Below the pieces are notes generated by a model. That model did no database searches, had not been told where the DNA came from, and was given only the letters and a program-made list of their open reading frames with translations. Shown in pieces: positions 8,091 through 17,672 of a stretch of 64,000 nucleotides of DNA; positions within the stretch are counted from its first letter, which is position 1, and every line of letters starts with the position of its first letter. This DNA is from an uncultured virus (IMG/VR IMGVR_UViG_3300048580_000371). Lineage: Duplodnaviria > Heunggongvirae > Uroviricota > Caudoviricetes. The position numbers were made by a program, and so were the translations under genes. Location of the stretch: the IMG/VR virus record IMGVR_UViG_3300048580_000371; one strand, given 5' to 3'.

Positions 8091-9008
8091 TGAATGACGA
8101 TTCAAACACCAAAGTTTTTAAATCGCAATGAAAGTTGCGTCCCATCACGATCCTGCTGAAATGGATGGTGGGCACCCGCTGAAAGGCGACACTGTGTTAA
8201 CTTGGGTAATAGGTGAGCAGGAGGTTGGTTTTATAGTGTAGGCCAGCTTTAAAAGGCTGGTGGACTGCACTATAGAGATTGAAGAGGCAAAGGTCCACTG
8301 TTATGGTGGAAGAAGTCTGAAAGCGATGGTGGGGGCTGTTTGGACAAAAGAATGTGAGGCGTGTTGGGTACCTTCATACTGCCACTGTTGATTCCACTTT
8401 GATCTAGACAAAGTGTTGAGGAGGTGGGTGTCCCTGAATAACCAACATTGTGGAAGATGACCCGCCACAGTTGCCAAAGGGTTGGAGTTTTGGGGATATT
8501 GTGTTAGTATGTCAGGTATTATATATCTGTGCATGAACATATGATTATACACAATAACCCCATTTTAAACATGGTGCTTGGTTTGGCATCTGTCCATGGA
8601 ACGACTGGGAAACCTTCTGTAAGCAATCCTTGGAACAAATCTGCAGATCGATGGTAGTGGGACACGAATCCATCATCTTGTAAAACAAAGTGTGTCTCTG
8701 CATTTGGTGAGCGTGAGATACCATTTCATCAAATGTAAAACAAAGTGTATCTCCCTAACTGAGACGACTGGCGGTCAACAATGTTGGGAAAAACACACAG
8801 CCAGATGCGTTAGTTGAGATGACACATCAACATTTGGGTTTGCCGACAGGACTCCCCACCAAAGTTGAGCGTCAACTAACATTATGGGGTAGTTTGGCTA
8901 TGGAGGGCTGATGTCTCCCAGGTCGTTACGTTCAAGACCTGTTGATTAGTAGGATTATTTTGTCCAACCAATCATAAAGCAGCTTGTCCCTGTAGACTTT
9001 TATTTTTA

Positions 9009-9042
9009 GAAGGAGGTGGGGAAAACTCCACCTCCTTTTTAT
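9009..9042 (+). terminator. rho-independent terminator
   Basis: AAGGAGGTGG-GGAAAACT-CCACCTCCTT followed by T-run. Confidence 0.85.
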
Positions 9043-9061
9043 ATTTGGAAAGGAAATTAAA

Positions 9062-9847
9062 ATGGATAAAGATCTGTACGGAGACCGTATGAAGGGATAT
9101 GAATCTAAAGAACGATTCATGCCATATCTCCCTGTAGTTGCAAGACTTGATGGAAAAGGTTTTAGTAAGTTCACCAAGGGTCTAAAACGCCCCTATGACG
9201 AGCGTATGATAACCCTTATGACAGAAACTGCAAAATACCTTGTGGACAAAAGTAATGCAGTGATTTCACTAAATCAAAGTGATGAAATAACGTTAATTTT
9301 TCGCCCAGAAAATGTATTCTTTGATGGTAAGGTTCAGAAAATGACTTCTGTTCTTGCAAGTATGGCTACAGCTAAATTCAATGAATTAAAGGCTACCATG
9401 CTACCAGAGAAGGCTGCTACATTGGCTGTATTTGATTGTAGGGTGTTCGCTGTGCCGAATGAAACAGAGGCCAGTAACGCATTGTTATGGCGGGTTCATG
9501 ATTGTGTTAAAAATGCAATATCCATGGCTGCACATCATTATTTTGGACATGCGAGAACGATGAATTTGACTGGTAAGGAAAAGCAGGAAAAACTTTTCCA
9601 AGAAGCAGGGGTAAACTTTAATGATTTTAAAAAATCATTTAAAGAAGGTGTTTTTTGTCGTCGTGTTTTGAAAGAAATTGCGATTGATGATGAAACTTGG
9701 GATAAAATTCCAGATAAACATAAACCAGAAAGCAGGGTTGTGTTGCGTCATGCAATTGAAGAGATTGAAATGCCAATTTTCACAAAGGTAATTAATCGTA
9801 ATGATGTTATCTTTAGAAGTGCTGAACCAAAAACTGCTGAAATATAA
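9062..9847 (+). CDS. tRNA(His) guanylyltransferase Thg1-like protein (3'-5' polymerase)
   Basis: RMKxYE, VARLDGKGFSKFT, QSDEITL, FDGKVQKMTS, FDCR, WRxxDCxKNAI. Confidence 0.92.
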   Translation: MDKDLYGDRMKGYESKERFMPYLPVVARLDGKGFSKFTKGLKRPYDERMITLMTETAKYLVDKSNAVISLNQSDEITLIFRPENVFFDGKVQKMTSVLASMATAKFNELKATMLPEKAATLAVFDCRVFAVPNETEASNALLWRVHDCVKNAISMAAHHYFGHARTMNLTGKEKQEKLFQEAGVNFNDFKKSFKEGVFCRRVLKEIAIDDETWDKIPDKHKPESRVVLRHAIEEIEMPIFTKVINRNDVIFRSAEPKTAEI

Positions 9848-9861
9848 AATATTTGATAAAT

Positions 9862-9890
9862 AAGGGAAGGGAAACCTTCCCTTCTTTTTT
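9862..9890 (+). terminator. rho-independent terminator overlapped by late promoter
   Basis: AAGGGAAGG-GAAA-CCTTCCCTT + T-run; GATAAATA at 9855-9862. Confidence 0.8.
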
Positions 9891-9902
9891 GGAGATACTA
9901 TT

Positions 9903-10127
9903 ATGCGTTTAAAAGATTTAATGGAAAATATTGATGATAAAGTTAGAATAGCTGTTGATTCATTTGGGCGTACTTTAAAAAGTCTTACTGTTGGTTCTGA
10001 AGAAGACCAAGATAATATCCTTCATGCAAAATTTGGTCAACTTTCTAAAAATATGACTGAAGATGAAAAGATTGCATTCGCTGATGAACTTAAACGAAAA
10101 TTCAAAATAACAGATTTAAACGATTAA
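9903..10127 (+). CDS. hypothetical late protein, CTS-like N-terminus
   Basis: MRLKDLME; GGAG RBS. Confidence 0.65.
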   Translation: MRLKDLMENIDDKVRIAVDSFGRTLKSLTVGSEEDQDNILHAKFGQLSKNMTEDEKIAFADELKRKFKITDLND

Positions 10128-11002
10128 AATCTTTCAAACATTCCCATCATCATACTTAAACGAAGATGTTTCAAATGGGTAGGATAAGGACCATGGGTTT
10201 TAATATATTCAACAATTTCTGGATATTGTTTTCCATATATGACTAAAAATGCCATCATCATCATTTCATCATTAAAATCAGTAATGCATTTTAAAACATC
10301 TTCTTTTTTGGTTGGGTCATATCCACAACGTTTGATTAATTGTGGTAATAATTGTTGTGTTTTTTTAATATCTTGAAGTTCTTGTTCTTGTTCTTTGTTT
10401 ATTCTATCTAAATCAATTTCGTGTTCAGATGGCTCATGCTCTTGTATTGGACGTTTTTCTTCAATGATGTTTAATATTTTGACTTTGTATTTTCCTGGTT
10501 TCACTATCACTTCATTTTCTTTAGTGGAATATGCCAATGCCCATCTTGGAGCATTATTTAAATCTGCTAAAATCATTGATGGTTCAAAAGTACATTGCAC
10601 CAACATTCCAATGCCAATTAAATCTCCTTCAAAAATTTCTGCATCATCATAATCATCATCTGTGAATGGTTCGTGAGCCATACTATTCCATGATGGGGTT
10701 GAGAATTTTTTACCTTGTTCAATATTGGTTGTCCAACTTTGTGGTGTAGACGAATTAATATTAAAAGACATGCCTTTTTTAATTTTTTCAAATGGTTTTT
10801 TCATTTTATCCAAGAATTCGTCTTTGTCATGGAATTTAAATCCACGATAAAGCGTGTATTGACTATTATTAACTGTTTGTGCTAAATCTTCAACTACTTC
10901 TGGTTTCATAATTTGGGTTGCAGTTGGCAATCCTTTAGTCCAATGTTTTAAAATAACTTCAGTTTCAAATGATATTGATTCGTTTAATTCTTTGTATTTC
11001 AT
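10124..11002 (-). CDS. putative ADP-ribosyltransferase (R-S-E type), CTS-like N-terminus
   Basis: LYRG...QSWTT...ENEVIV; begins MKYKELNE. Confidence 0.6.
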   Translation of the reverse strand: MKYKELNESISFETEVILKHWTKGLPTATQIMKPEVVEDLAQTVNNSQYTLYRGFKFHDKDEFLDKMKKPFEKIKKGMSFNINSSTPQSWTTNIEQGKKFSTPSWNSMAHEPFTDDDYDDAEIFEGDLIGIGMLVQCTFEPSMILADLNNAPRWALAYSTKENEVIVKPGKYKVKILNIIEEKRPIQEHEPSEHEIDLDRINKEQEQELQDIKKTQQLLPQLIKRCGYDPTKKEDVLKCITDFNDEMMMMAFLVIYGKQYPEIVEYIKTHGPYPTHLKHLRLSMMMGMFERF

Positions 11003-11006
11003 ATTA

Positions 11007-11537
11007 TTATCCTATTGGGTCAATTAAAACGTATGTATTACCACGCATCATAACGTTTGAAAAATGTATATCATCACAATGTTTATTTAAATTTGAACCT
11101 AATTTCTGTAAAATATCATTAATGGTTTTGTGTTTTTCAGCCCATATGTTGACATCTGGTGCAAGGTAACTATTTTCTCCATTGTAAAAACGGTGTAATA
11201 ATGCTATGCATTGAATATCATTAGTTGTATTTTCATCTACTATGATTGGTGAAAGTAATTCCATTCGTATTGCAGAATATTCACTATTGATTTTAATAAG
11301 TTTTCCTTTAAATTTTGGTAGGTGTGGTGATTTATTTTTCAAACAAAAAGAAACAAAATTAATATATGCTCTATCTTTGTTAGAAAATAATTTTAAAACA
11401 TATGATTTGTTTTCTTTATAAAAAACGTTGGCGTAGTATCCCTTTCCAATTTCTTTATATCCGGCAGAGATTAATTTTGAAAAAGTTTCTTGTTTAGATG
11501 GTTTTGTAATTTCATTTAATATTTCTCTAATTTTCAT
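11007..11537 (-). CDS. protein kinase-like fold protein, CTS-like N-terminus
   Basis: IGKGYYANVF, VLKLF, MELL, DIHFSNVM, LIDP; GATAAATA at 11555-11562. Confidence 0.7.
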   Translation of the reverse strand: MKIREILNEITKPSKQETFSKLISAGYKEIGKGYYANVFYKENKSYVLKLFSNKDRAYINFVSFCLKNKSPHLPKFKGKLIKINSEYSAIRMELLSPIIVDENTTNDIQCIALLHRFYNGENSYLAPDVNIWAEKHKTINDILQKLGSNLNKHCDDIHFSNVMMRGNTYVLIDPIG

Positions 11538-11615
11538 ATTATTCTCCTTTTTAGTATTTATCTTCTTGTGTGAAAAATGTTTGTGATTTATAATGGTTCA
11601 GATTGGAGGAAGTGA

Positions 11616-11882
11616 ATGACTCGTGTTATAATTATCAATACTGAAGGGCATGTTGTTGCTGCAATAAAATGGTTATGTGCCAATTATAAAAATTGGAGAA
11701 CTGTTACACCTAATTATGATATTAACGATATGCTAAGAACAACGTATACAAAAACAAGTATTGAATGGGATTATCACTTGGCATCACATCATAATTATAA
11801 ATGTTCTGGTGTAAAATTTTATGTTATTTTTGAGTTTGAAAACACTGATGAAGCATTGTTATTTAAAATGAGGTGGGCATGA
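11616..11882 (+). CDS. FKLRW-motif family protein
   Basis: ends FEFENTDEALLFKMRWA. Confidence 0.8.
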   Translation: MTRVIIINTEGHVVAAIKWLCANYKNWRTVTPNYDINDMLRTTYTKTSIEWDYHLASHHNYKCSGVKFYVIFEFENTDEALLFKMRWA

Positions 11883-12163
11883 TGAACGAAATTATTGTTG
11901 TAAAAACGTTGAAAGAATTGTATAATATTTTTTTGTGGTTGTTTGATAACGTTGAAGATTGGGAAACTCTTGAATTTGACAAAGAAAAACATCAACGTGT
12001 AGGATATGGTTATATTAATAAAAATTCAGCACAAGATTGGAAGGATTTTGATTTTAAAAAATATTGGGCTATACAGAAATATAACCAAGATTATGTAGTC
12101 GGTACTATTTTTGTTTTTAAAAATTCAAATGATGCAATGATGTTCAAGTTGAGATGGGGGTGA
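11879..12163 (+). CDS. FKLRW-motif family protein
   Basis: ends DAMMFKLRWG. Confidence 0.8.
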   Translation: MMNEIIVVKTLKELYNIFLWLFDNVEDWETLEFDKEKHQRVGYGYINKNSAQDWKDFDFKKYWAIQKYNQDYVVGTIFVFKNSNDAMMFKLRWG

Positions 12164-12165
12164 TA

Positions 12166-12474
12166 ATGAGAAAATTTAGGTTTATGTTGAAAACCAACAT
12201 TAGGGATCATTATAAAATCATCATCTGGTGCCTGAACAACATCCCAGATGATAACTGGAGAACCATTCGACCATCAGGTGAATTGTTTAGGACAGTTGGG
12301 GATGGAACCTATCTTAACTCAGGTAAGCCACAATATTGGAAGAAAGCTGTTGATGGGAATGAATCAGACCGTATTAGATGGGAGACAAGCATCTTCACAG
12401 AAGAACATGATTTTTTCGCCAGTTATGTTGTGGCTAAAAAATATGCCATGATGTTCAAGTTGAGGTGGACATGA
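12166..12474 (+). CDS. FKLRW-motif family protein
   Basis: ends YAMMFKLRWT. Confidence 0.8.
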   Translation: MRKFRFMLKTNIRDHYKIIIWCLNNIPDDNWRTIRPSGELFRTVGDGTYLNSGKPQYWKKAVDGNESDRIRWETSIFTEEHDFFASYVVAKKYAMMFKLRWT

Positions 12475-12815
12475 TATATTTTTTTAATGAAGATGATCAT
12501 CTTAAATTTTTAGGTTATAATATAGACAGGAATTCATATGACCAGAATTTTAAAATGTTTAATGCTTGGTATGACTACAAGAAAATGATTAAAGTTTTTA
12601 TTGATCAAGATTTATTTTATGAAAAAATAATAGATAAGCATACTTTGAGGGTTTGGTTAACTGCTAATTGTAAATTTGATGTTGTAGTGGCATTAAATAG
12701 ACCAGATATGCATCGTTATCGCAATAACGATAATAATTATGGTTATGGTAATGGGTATCTTTTTTATTTTGATGATACCAATGATGCAATGTTATTTAAA
12801 TTGAGGTGGGCATGA
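12471..12815 (+). CDS. FKLRW-motif family protein
   Basis: ends DAMLFKLRWA. Confidence 0.8.
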   Translation: MIYFFNEDDHLKFLGYNIDRNSYDQNFKMFNAWYDYKKMIKVFIDQDLFYEKIIDKHTLRVWLTANCKFDVVVALNRPDMHRYRNNDNNYGYGNGYLFYFDDTNDAMLFKLRWA

Positions 12816-13006
12816 TAATAGTCAAATATAGACCTAACATGATTGGACGCCATGGTGAACCTGCTGTTTCATATGATCATATTGATAAATTACAAAAATG
12901 GTGCAGTGAACACTGTGAAAATTTTAATGAAGAAGGTGATAGATTTCTTACTTGGAAGTTTATTAATGTCCAAGATGCAATGTTTTTCAAACTAAAATGG
13001 GGATAA
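12812..13006 (+). CDS. FKLRW-motif family protein
   Basis: ends DAMFFKLKWG. Confidence 0.8.
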   Translation: MIIVKYRPNMIGRHGEPAVSYDHIDKLQKWCSEHCENFNEEGDRFLTWKFINVQDAMFFKLKWG

Positions 13007-13069
13007 GTGGCATATTTACCACAAAAAGATAAATAATATCATAACGTTAGTAGAACGAGGTGAAGTAAT

Positions 13070-13297
13070 TTGGTATTTTGGGAAACAGACGTAGTTAAAA
13101 GAACAACAAAGTTACTATCATTATATGAACATGAGGTTAGAATATTAAATCATGATTATGATCCTGTGTTCATTTGGTTGGAAGAACATTGTAAGAGTGG
13201 CTACACCTTTGTAATATGCCCACCACACACTGTATACACTTTTGAAGATAGTCGTGAAGCCATGTTATTTAAATTGCGTTGGGGTGGATTGGAATGA
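13070..13297 (+). CDS. FKLRW-motif family protein
   Basis: ends EAMLFKLRWGGLE; start uncertain. Confidence 0.7.
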   Translation: MVFWETDVVKRTTKLLSLYEHEVRILNHDYDPVFIWLEEHCKSGYTFVICPPHTVYTFEDSREAMLFKLRWGGLE

Positions 13298-13608
13298 TTC
13301 TTGATGATAAAATTGAACAATATACAGAGATACCCAAAGACGAGTTTGACCGTTATAATGTGTTACAATTGATTTCTCGTGGCTGGGATGATTATCCATT
13401 TTGGCGAGATAATTTCCAATTTTTGAAATATTTTCTTTTAAAGCCAGAACGCAAGAGATTATCCAGCACACAATTCAAAAAATTTCTTGAAGGGAAGGAA
13501 CGCTCTATAGTTGCAATAGAGTGTAGACTCGGTGCAAGAGAACGCTCGATTATTATTGGATTCATGAATAAAGCAGATTTAATGCATTTTATGTTGGTGT
13601 TTGGTTAA
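13294..13608 (+). CDS. FKLRW-motif family protein (variant)
   Basis: ends GFMNKADLMHFMLVFG. Confidence 0.7.
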   Translation: MILDDKIEQYTEIPKDEFDRYNVLQLISRGWDDYPFWRDNFQFLKYFLLKPERKRLSSTQFKKFLEGKERSIVAIECRLGARERSIIIGFMNKADLMHFMLVFG

Positions 13609-13615
13609 TCCCCAC

Positions 13616-13644
13616 TTGACAATCTTTTATTTTGGTGTTATTAT
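13616..13644 (+). promoter_or_regulatory. sigma70-like promoter
   Basis: TTGACA-17 bp-TATTAT. Confidence 0.7.
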
Positions 13645-13670
13645 ATGGGATAATTTATGGAGAAGCCATC

Positions 13671-14453
13671 ATGCCGTTCGATCCCAAAATTGATGATGTC
13701 AAGACTTACAATCATCGTATGGAAAAATCCCTTATCGACAAGATTTTCTGGGTTGATAAGGTTGATAGTTCCATCATCGTTGACTATGGTTGTGCCGATG
13801 GTGTTCTCCTAAAGGCACTTCAGAAACTTTTCCCCGACTATACCTATATTGGTTATGACATTTCCGATGAAATGATCAAGATTGCCAACAAAGGTTCTGA
13901 AGGGATTCTATTTACCACTTCTTGGGATGAAGTGATGGAAGCTTTGAATAAGCTGGAAGGTAAGAAGACTCTTGTACTAAATTCTCTCCTGCATGAAATT
14001 TTCGCATATCTTTCTGCTTCTGAGATTGAAGATTTTTGGAAGCGAGTTTGGGGAAGCAACTTCGACTACGTTTGTGTAAGAGATATGATGGTCTCAGAAA
14101 CCACTTCTCGTCCTTCTGACCCGCTTGCAGTAGCGAGGGTTCGTCAGTTGTTTGATAAGCAGAAGCTTGCACAGTGGGAAGGACGTTGGGGTTCCTTGAA
14201 TGAAAATTGGAGTCTTACACATTTTCTTTTAACTTATCACTACGCTGAAACTTCGTGGGAACGAGAATACAAGGAGAATTATCTTTCCAACTCCCTTGAA
14301 ACTTTCATGCAGTTGATTCCGAAAGAATACTTCCCCCATTTCATGGAACATTATACCCTTCCGTATATCCGTTCCAAGGTTATGAAGGACTTTAATATCC
14401 AATTGCAGGACAGAACCCATATCAAGTTGATTCTCAGTAAGGAGCCTTTTTAA
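13671..14453 (+). CDS. class I SAM-dependent methyltransferase
   Basis: IVDYGCADG, GYDISDEM, SLLHEI. Confidence 0.8.
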   Translation: MPFDPKIDDVKTYNHRMEKSLIDKIFWVDKVDSSIIVDYGCADGVLLKALQKLFPDYTYIGYDISDEMIKIANKGSEGILFTTSWDEVMEALNKLEGKKTLVLNSLLHEIFAYLSASEIEDFWKRVWGSNFDYVCVRDMMVSETTSRPSDPLAVARVRQLFDKQKLAQWEGRWGSLNENWSLTHFLLTYHYAETSWEREYKENYLSNSLETFMQLIPKEYFPHFMEHYTLPYIRSKVMKDFNIQLQDRTHIKLILSKEPF

Positions 14454-15076
14454 TGTCTCTTTCACCAAAAAAGATTTTCGCTGGCATAATGAAATTTTGT
14501 TGTGATATTATTATCTATGTTATTCTTATACAAGGTATTTCTGCTAACCACAGCCAACCAACATTAATCACATTTGGTAATGATCCAACTGTTGGATATA
14601 TTTATGGAAAAATTGCCCAATATGCCACTGATGAAATTATTCCGAATGATGTTGAGATTTTGATTTTAAATTCACAAGGTGGAAATGTTGGGGCTGCAGT
14701 TAATTTGCGAAACCAAATCATTGATAGAAAAATTTCAACATATGTTTCGGAAAATGGGATTTGTGTGTCTGCTTGCACAATGGTGTATGGGGCTGGCAAT
14801 TATAGAATGGCAGAAAAATCTTCAATGTTTGGATTTCATTCACCAAGTTATGGGGCAGACCTTTCAACAGAATCAGACACAAATGGTGTAATTAATAAAA
14901 TTAAAAACGATGTTGTGGTTTATGTTAGGAAACAGTATACAGAAATGATGTTAGAAGATGGTTTATCTAATGAATTTATTCAACGATGGATAAATAAAAA
15001 GGAGGTATCATTCTACACAGCAGAACAAATGTTCAAACTTGGTTTTGTTGATGAAGTTTTAGAGGAGGATAAATGA
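14453..15076 (+). CDS. ClpP/crotonase-fold protein with N-terminal hydrophobic segment
   Basis: LNSQGGNV, CVSACT, GFHSP, A..LGFVD. Confidence 0.7.
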   Translation: MSLSPKKIFAGIMKFCCDIIIYVILIQGISANHSQPTLITFGNDPTVGYIYGKIAQYATDEIIPNDVEILILNSQGGNVGAAVNLRNQIIDRKISTYVSENGICVSACTMVYGAGNYRMAEKSSMFGFHSPSYGADLSTESDTNGVINKIKNDVVVYVRKQYTEMMLEDGLSNEFIQRWINKKEVSFYTAEQMFKLGFVDEVLEEDK

Positions 15077-15483
15077 TGAGTATTTTAACATTAATTTTCC
15101 TATTCACTATTAAACATTATTTGGCTGATTTCCAGTTCCAAACATCTTATATGTATTTAAACAAGGGAACTTGGATGCATCCTGGTGGTTTGCTTCATTC
15201 AGGCTTGCATGGGTTGATGACAATGGCTATTTTGTATTTTGTTGATATCTCCATTGTTGAAATCATTTGTTTTGGTGTTTTGGATTTTGGTTGTCATTAT
15301 ATTATTGATTATTATAAAATCAACATTACTAAAAAATTTGGTTGGGCGAAATATGAACAAGATAGCACTGGAAAACCAGCTTTGTGCATTTATGACAATA
15401 AGTTTTTCATTGCATTGGGGCTTGATCAGATGCTACATTGGTTGACTTATTGTTTAATTTTAGCATTAATTGTGTGGATTTGA
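15073..15483 (+). CDS. DUF3307-like membrane protein
   Basis: KHYLADFQFQ, HSGLHG, HYIIDY, GLDQMLH. Confidence 0.75.
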   Translation: MMSILTLIFLFTIKHYLADFQFQTSYMYLNKGTWMHPGGLLHSGLHGLMTMAILYFVDISIVEIICFGVLDFGCHYIIDYYKINITKKFGWAKYEQDSTGKPALCIYDNKFFIALGLDQMLHWLTYCLILALIVWI

Positions 15484-15485
15484 TA

Positions 15486-16076
15486 ATGCGACAATATATG
15501 GATATATTAAAAGAAATGCCCAGTTATATAACTGGTGATTTGGATTTTGGATTAACAGATTTTCAAAAGAACCGAGTAAAAGCACATGATTTAATTGAAT
15601 CAGATTATGAAACAATTGAAAAAACAGACGAACATATTATTGGTAGAGTTGGACAAGATACTGGTGTGGTTTTTATCTATTCTGTATTGGATGATTTGAT
15701 TGACTATTATGTTAAATATGAAATTAAAGATTTTTCAAAAATAAATATTGATTCTGCCATCACCCAAATAGAATTATGGAGGAGAGTTGGTTCAACATAT
15801 AACAATATGACTAATAGAATTTTTTTTAAATATTTAATACCAACATTTAAAACAGTTATAAGTGATAAATCACAAACTGAATCAGGTATGAATTTTTGGA
15901 TTGACAGAATGGTACAAGCAGTTAAAATTGGTTATGATGTTGGTATTATGATTGATAATAAAGTTGACTGGTTTGTTGGTGTTCCCAATGAAATGCTTAT
16001 GTGGATTAATTCTTATACAGCTTGGGGAACTGGTGATTTATTTAAAAAACGAAGATTTATAATAAATGATAAATAG
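15486..16076 (+). CDS. hypothetical protein (CTS-like start; possible GNAT-like fold)
   Basis: MRQYMDILKEMP; ISDKSQTESGMNFW. Confidence 0.6.
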   Translation: MRQYMDILKEMPSYITGDLDFGLTDFQKNRVKAHDLIESDYETIEKTDEHIIGRVGQDTGVVFIYSVLDDLIDYYVKYEIKDFSKINIDSAITQIELWRRVGSTYNNMTNRIFFKYLIPTFKTVISDKSQTESGMNFWIDRMVQAVKIGYDVGIMIDNKVDWFVGVPNEMLMWINSYTAWGTGDLFKKRRFIINDK

Positions 16077-16103
16077 ATAAAACCCAAATAGGAGAATTAA
16101 ATT

Positions 16104-16457
16104 ATGGTTAGTAGTGAAACACAAAAATTCATTAAATTAGTTGAAGCCAAAGAAGATATTGAATTTGGTGTTAGACAAGCATTTGAAGATGCTCACAAAA
16201 TGCCTATTATTAGTGGGCATGGTGGCGAGAGAGGACAATTATTTTATCTTATTTCCAGTCCAACAGAAATATCTGAATATCAAGATACCATTAGTGTTGT
16301 TAACACATCTGCTGTATTAAATATTGGTGCGGGTGATGCATCTGGTAGTAGATTTCATGGGAATTATCAATTATATCTTTGTGATAATGGACCACAAAAA
16401 CAAATGGCAATTAGTGATGCAATTAGGCGTTGGATGAAAAAAGAAAATGTGATGTAA
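16104..16457 (+). CDS. hypothetical late protein
   Basis: GATAAATA 16068-16075, AGGAG RBS, KFIKLVE start. Confidence 0.65.
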   Translation: MVSSETQKFIKLVEAKEDIEFGVRQAFEDAHKMPIISGHGGERGQLFYLISSPTEISEYQDTISVVNTSAVLNIGAGDASGSRFHGNYQLYLCDNGPQKQMAISDAIRRWMKKENVM

Positions 16458-16461
16458 AAAT

Positions 16462-16481
16462 GCCCCTTCGGGGGCTTTTTT
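16462..16481 (+). terminator. rho-independent terminator
   Basis: GCCCC-TTCG-GGGGC + T-run. Confidence 0.85.
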
Positions 16482-16521
16482 ATTGACAAAAAATTATTTT
16501 TAAATTATAAATAGCCCTATC

Positions 16522-16887
16522 ATGAGAATAATAACAGATGCAGAAAAGAAATTATGGGAATTAATTAATAAGGCTACCACGTTAATGGGACAGCCAAGAA
16601 AACCCTTGTTCATTTTGGAAAAATATTCACCACCAACGTCAATTGATTTGCATGGGTGTACTTTGGAACAAGCGTTCAAGGAAACGATTCATTATGTCCA
16701 CGAAGCCTTTGAATATAAACTAAAAAATATCACTATTATCACAGGAAAAGGTGATAGGCATCCTGAAACATCGATTCGTCGTGAATTACCATTTTGGCTT
16801 GAAAACCCAAGGATTGACCATATGGTTAGTTCTTATGAATTAATCAACAATGGGGCATTCTTGATAAAGTTGAAAAAACACAGTTAG
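16522..16887 (+). CDS. Smr domain protein
   Basis: IDLHGCTLEQA, IITGKG, LPFWL, GAFLIKL. Confidence 0.85.
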   Translation: MRIITDAEKKLWELINKATTLMGQPRKPLFILEKYSPPTSIDLHGCTLEQAFKETIHYVHEAFEYKLKNITIITGKGDRHPETSIRRELPFWLENPRIDHMVSSYELINNGAFLIKLKKHS

Positions 16888-17672
16888 CGTAATCCCATTT
16901 TCTTTCTGATTTCTGTTGCCGATATAGCATGGGTTTCATCATCGAAAACTTCTTGTTCAATGACATAACCAACACCACGCCCATAAGTGATTCTAATAAT
17001 ATTGGGAACAACCATGACAGTATATCGTCCTTGATATAATGGGTCCAAATCTCTCTTGATATAATATTCAACCTCTTTGAAATCAAATGGATTTGAATCA
17101 TTCCATCCTTGACAATCACGAATCATAATACACACTTGTCCGGCTTTTTCAATAGCACGTTCAAATAATTTTCTGTGTCCTTCATGCCATGGCTGGAAAC
17201 GCCCCAACATTTGAGCAGTTTCTTTTCTATTATCAAACACAGGTCGTCTTTTATTTTCTAAAATATGTTGGGCAATAAATTCACTCCATAATTCAGCATT
17301 TTTTTCAATAATGCGGAAATCATATTTTTCAGGTTTGACAAACATTGCGTTGGTGTCAGCGAAAAGTCCTTGTTCAATGGTATCAACCCATATTGTCCAA
17401 TCTGCTGAAAAATTGGTTCTCATTTCTTCCAATGGTGCAACAAAATCACAAATAACATAATCAGTTGTTTCACCAGATGCTAATTCTTTCATACGAATGC
17501 TCTGACGAATTCTACCTTCTGGGCTAAAATCCCAATCATTGAATTTCTTTCTAACATCGTCTGCATTAAACCAAGCTATGGTTTTATTATTTTCTTTTAA
17601 TCTTGTGATAATTGCTTGGGCTAACGTTGTCTTTCCAGCCCCGGGCAATCCCATTACTAATATTGTTGTCAT
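16884..17672 (-). CDS. adenylylsulfate-kinase-like P-loop domain fused to cytidylyltransferase-like domain
   Basis: GLPGAGKTTLA, NADDVR, DFSPEGR; GRFQPWHEGH, ISATEIR. Confidence 0.8.
   Translation of the reverse strand: MTTILVMGLPGAGKTTLAQAIITRLKENNKTIAWFNADDVRKKFNDWDFSPEGRIRQSIRMKELASGETTDYVICDFVAPLEEMRTNFSADWTIWVDTIEQGLFADTNAMFVKPEKYDFRIIEKNAELWSEFIAQHILENKRRPVFDNRKETAQMLGRFQPWHEGHRKLFERAIEKAGQVCIMIRDCQGWNDSNPFDFKEVEYYIKRDLDPLYQGRYTVMVVPNIIRITYGRGVGYVIEQEVFDDETHAISATEIRKKMGLR

Larger units (their letters stand above)
7287..9042 (+). ncRNA. candidate giant (~1.7 kb) structured non-coding RNA
   Basis: Promoter-to-terminator unit, GC-richer than flanks, no credible long ORF, nested 5'/3' end pairing, GNRA hairpins, duplicated domains, embedded tRNA-like module. 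Confidence 0.7.

Noticed and set aside
7473..8140. Group II intron (GTGCG at 7473; D5-like CGCAATGAAAGTTGCG near 8124)
   Set aside because: No AGC/CGC triad or D5 lower stem, no D6 or AY end, and no interrupted gene or RT.
7351..8552. ORF-track calls inside the GC-richer island
   Set aside because: Short, overlapping on both strands, no RBS and atypical composition; an RNA structure explains the region better.
7287..9042. rRNA fragment
   Set aside because: Similar in length to 16S, but I recognised no universal rRNA signature sequences.
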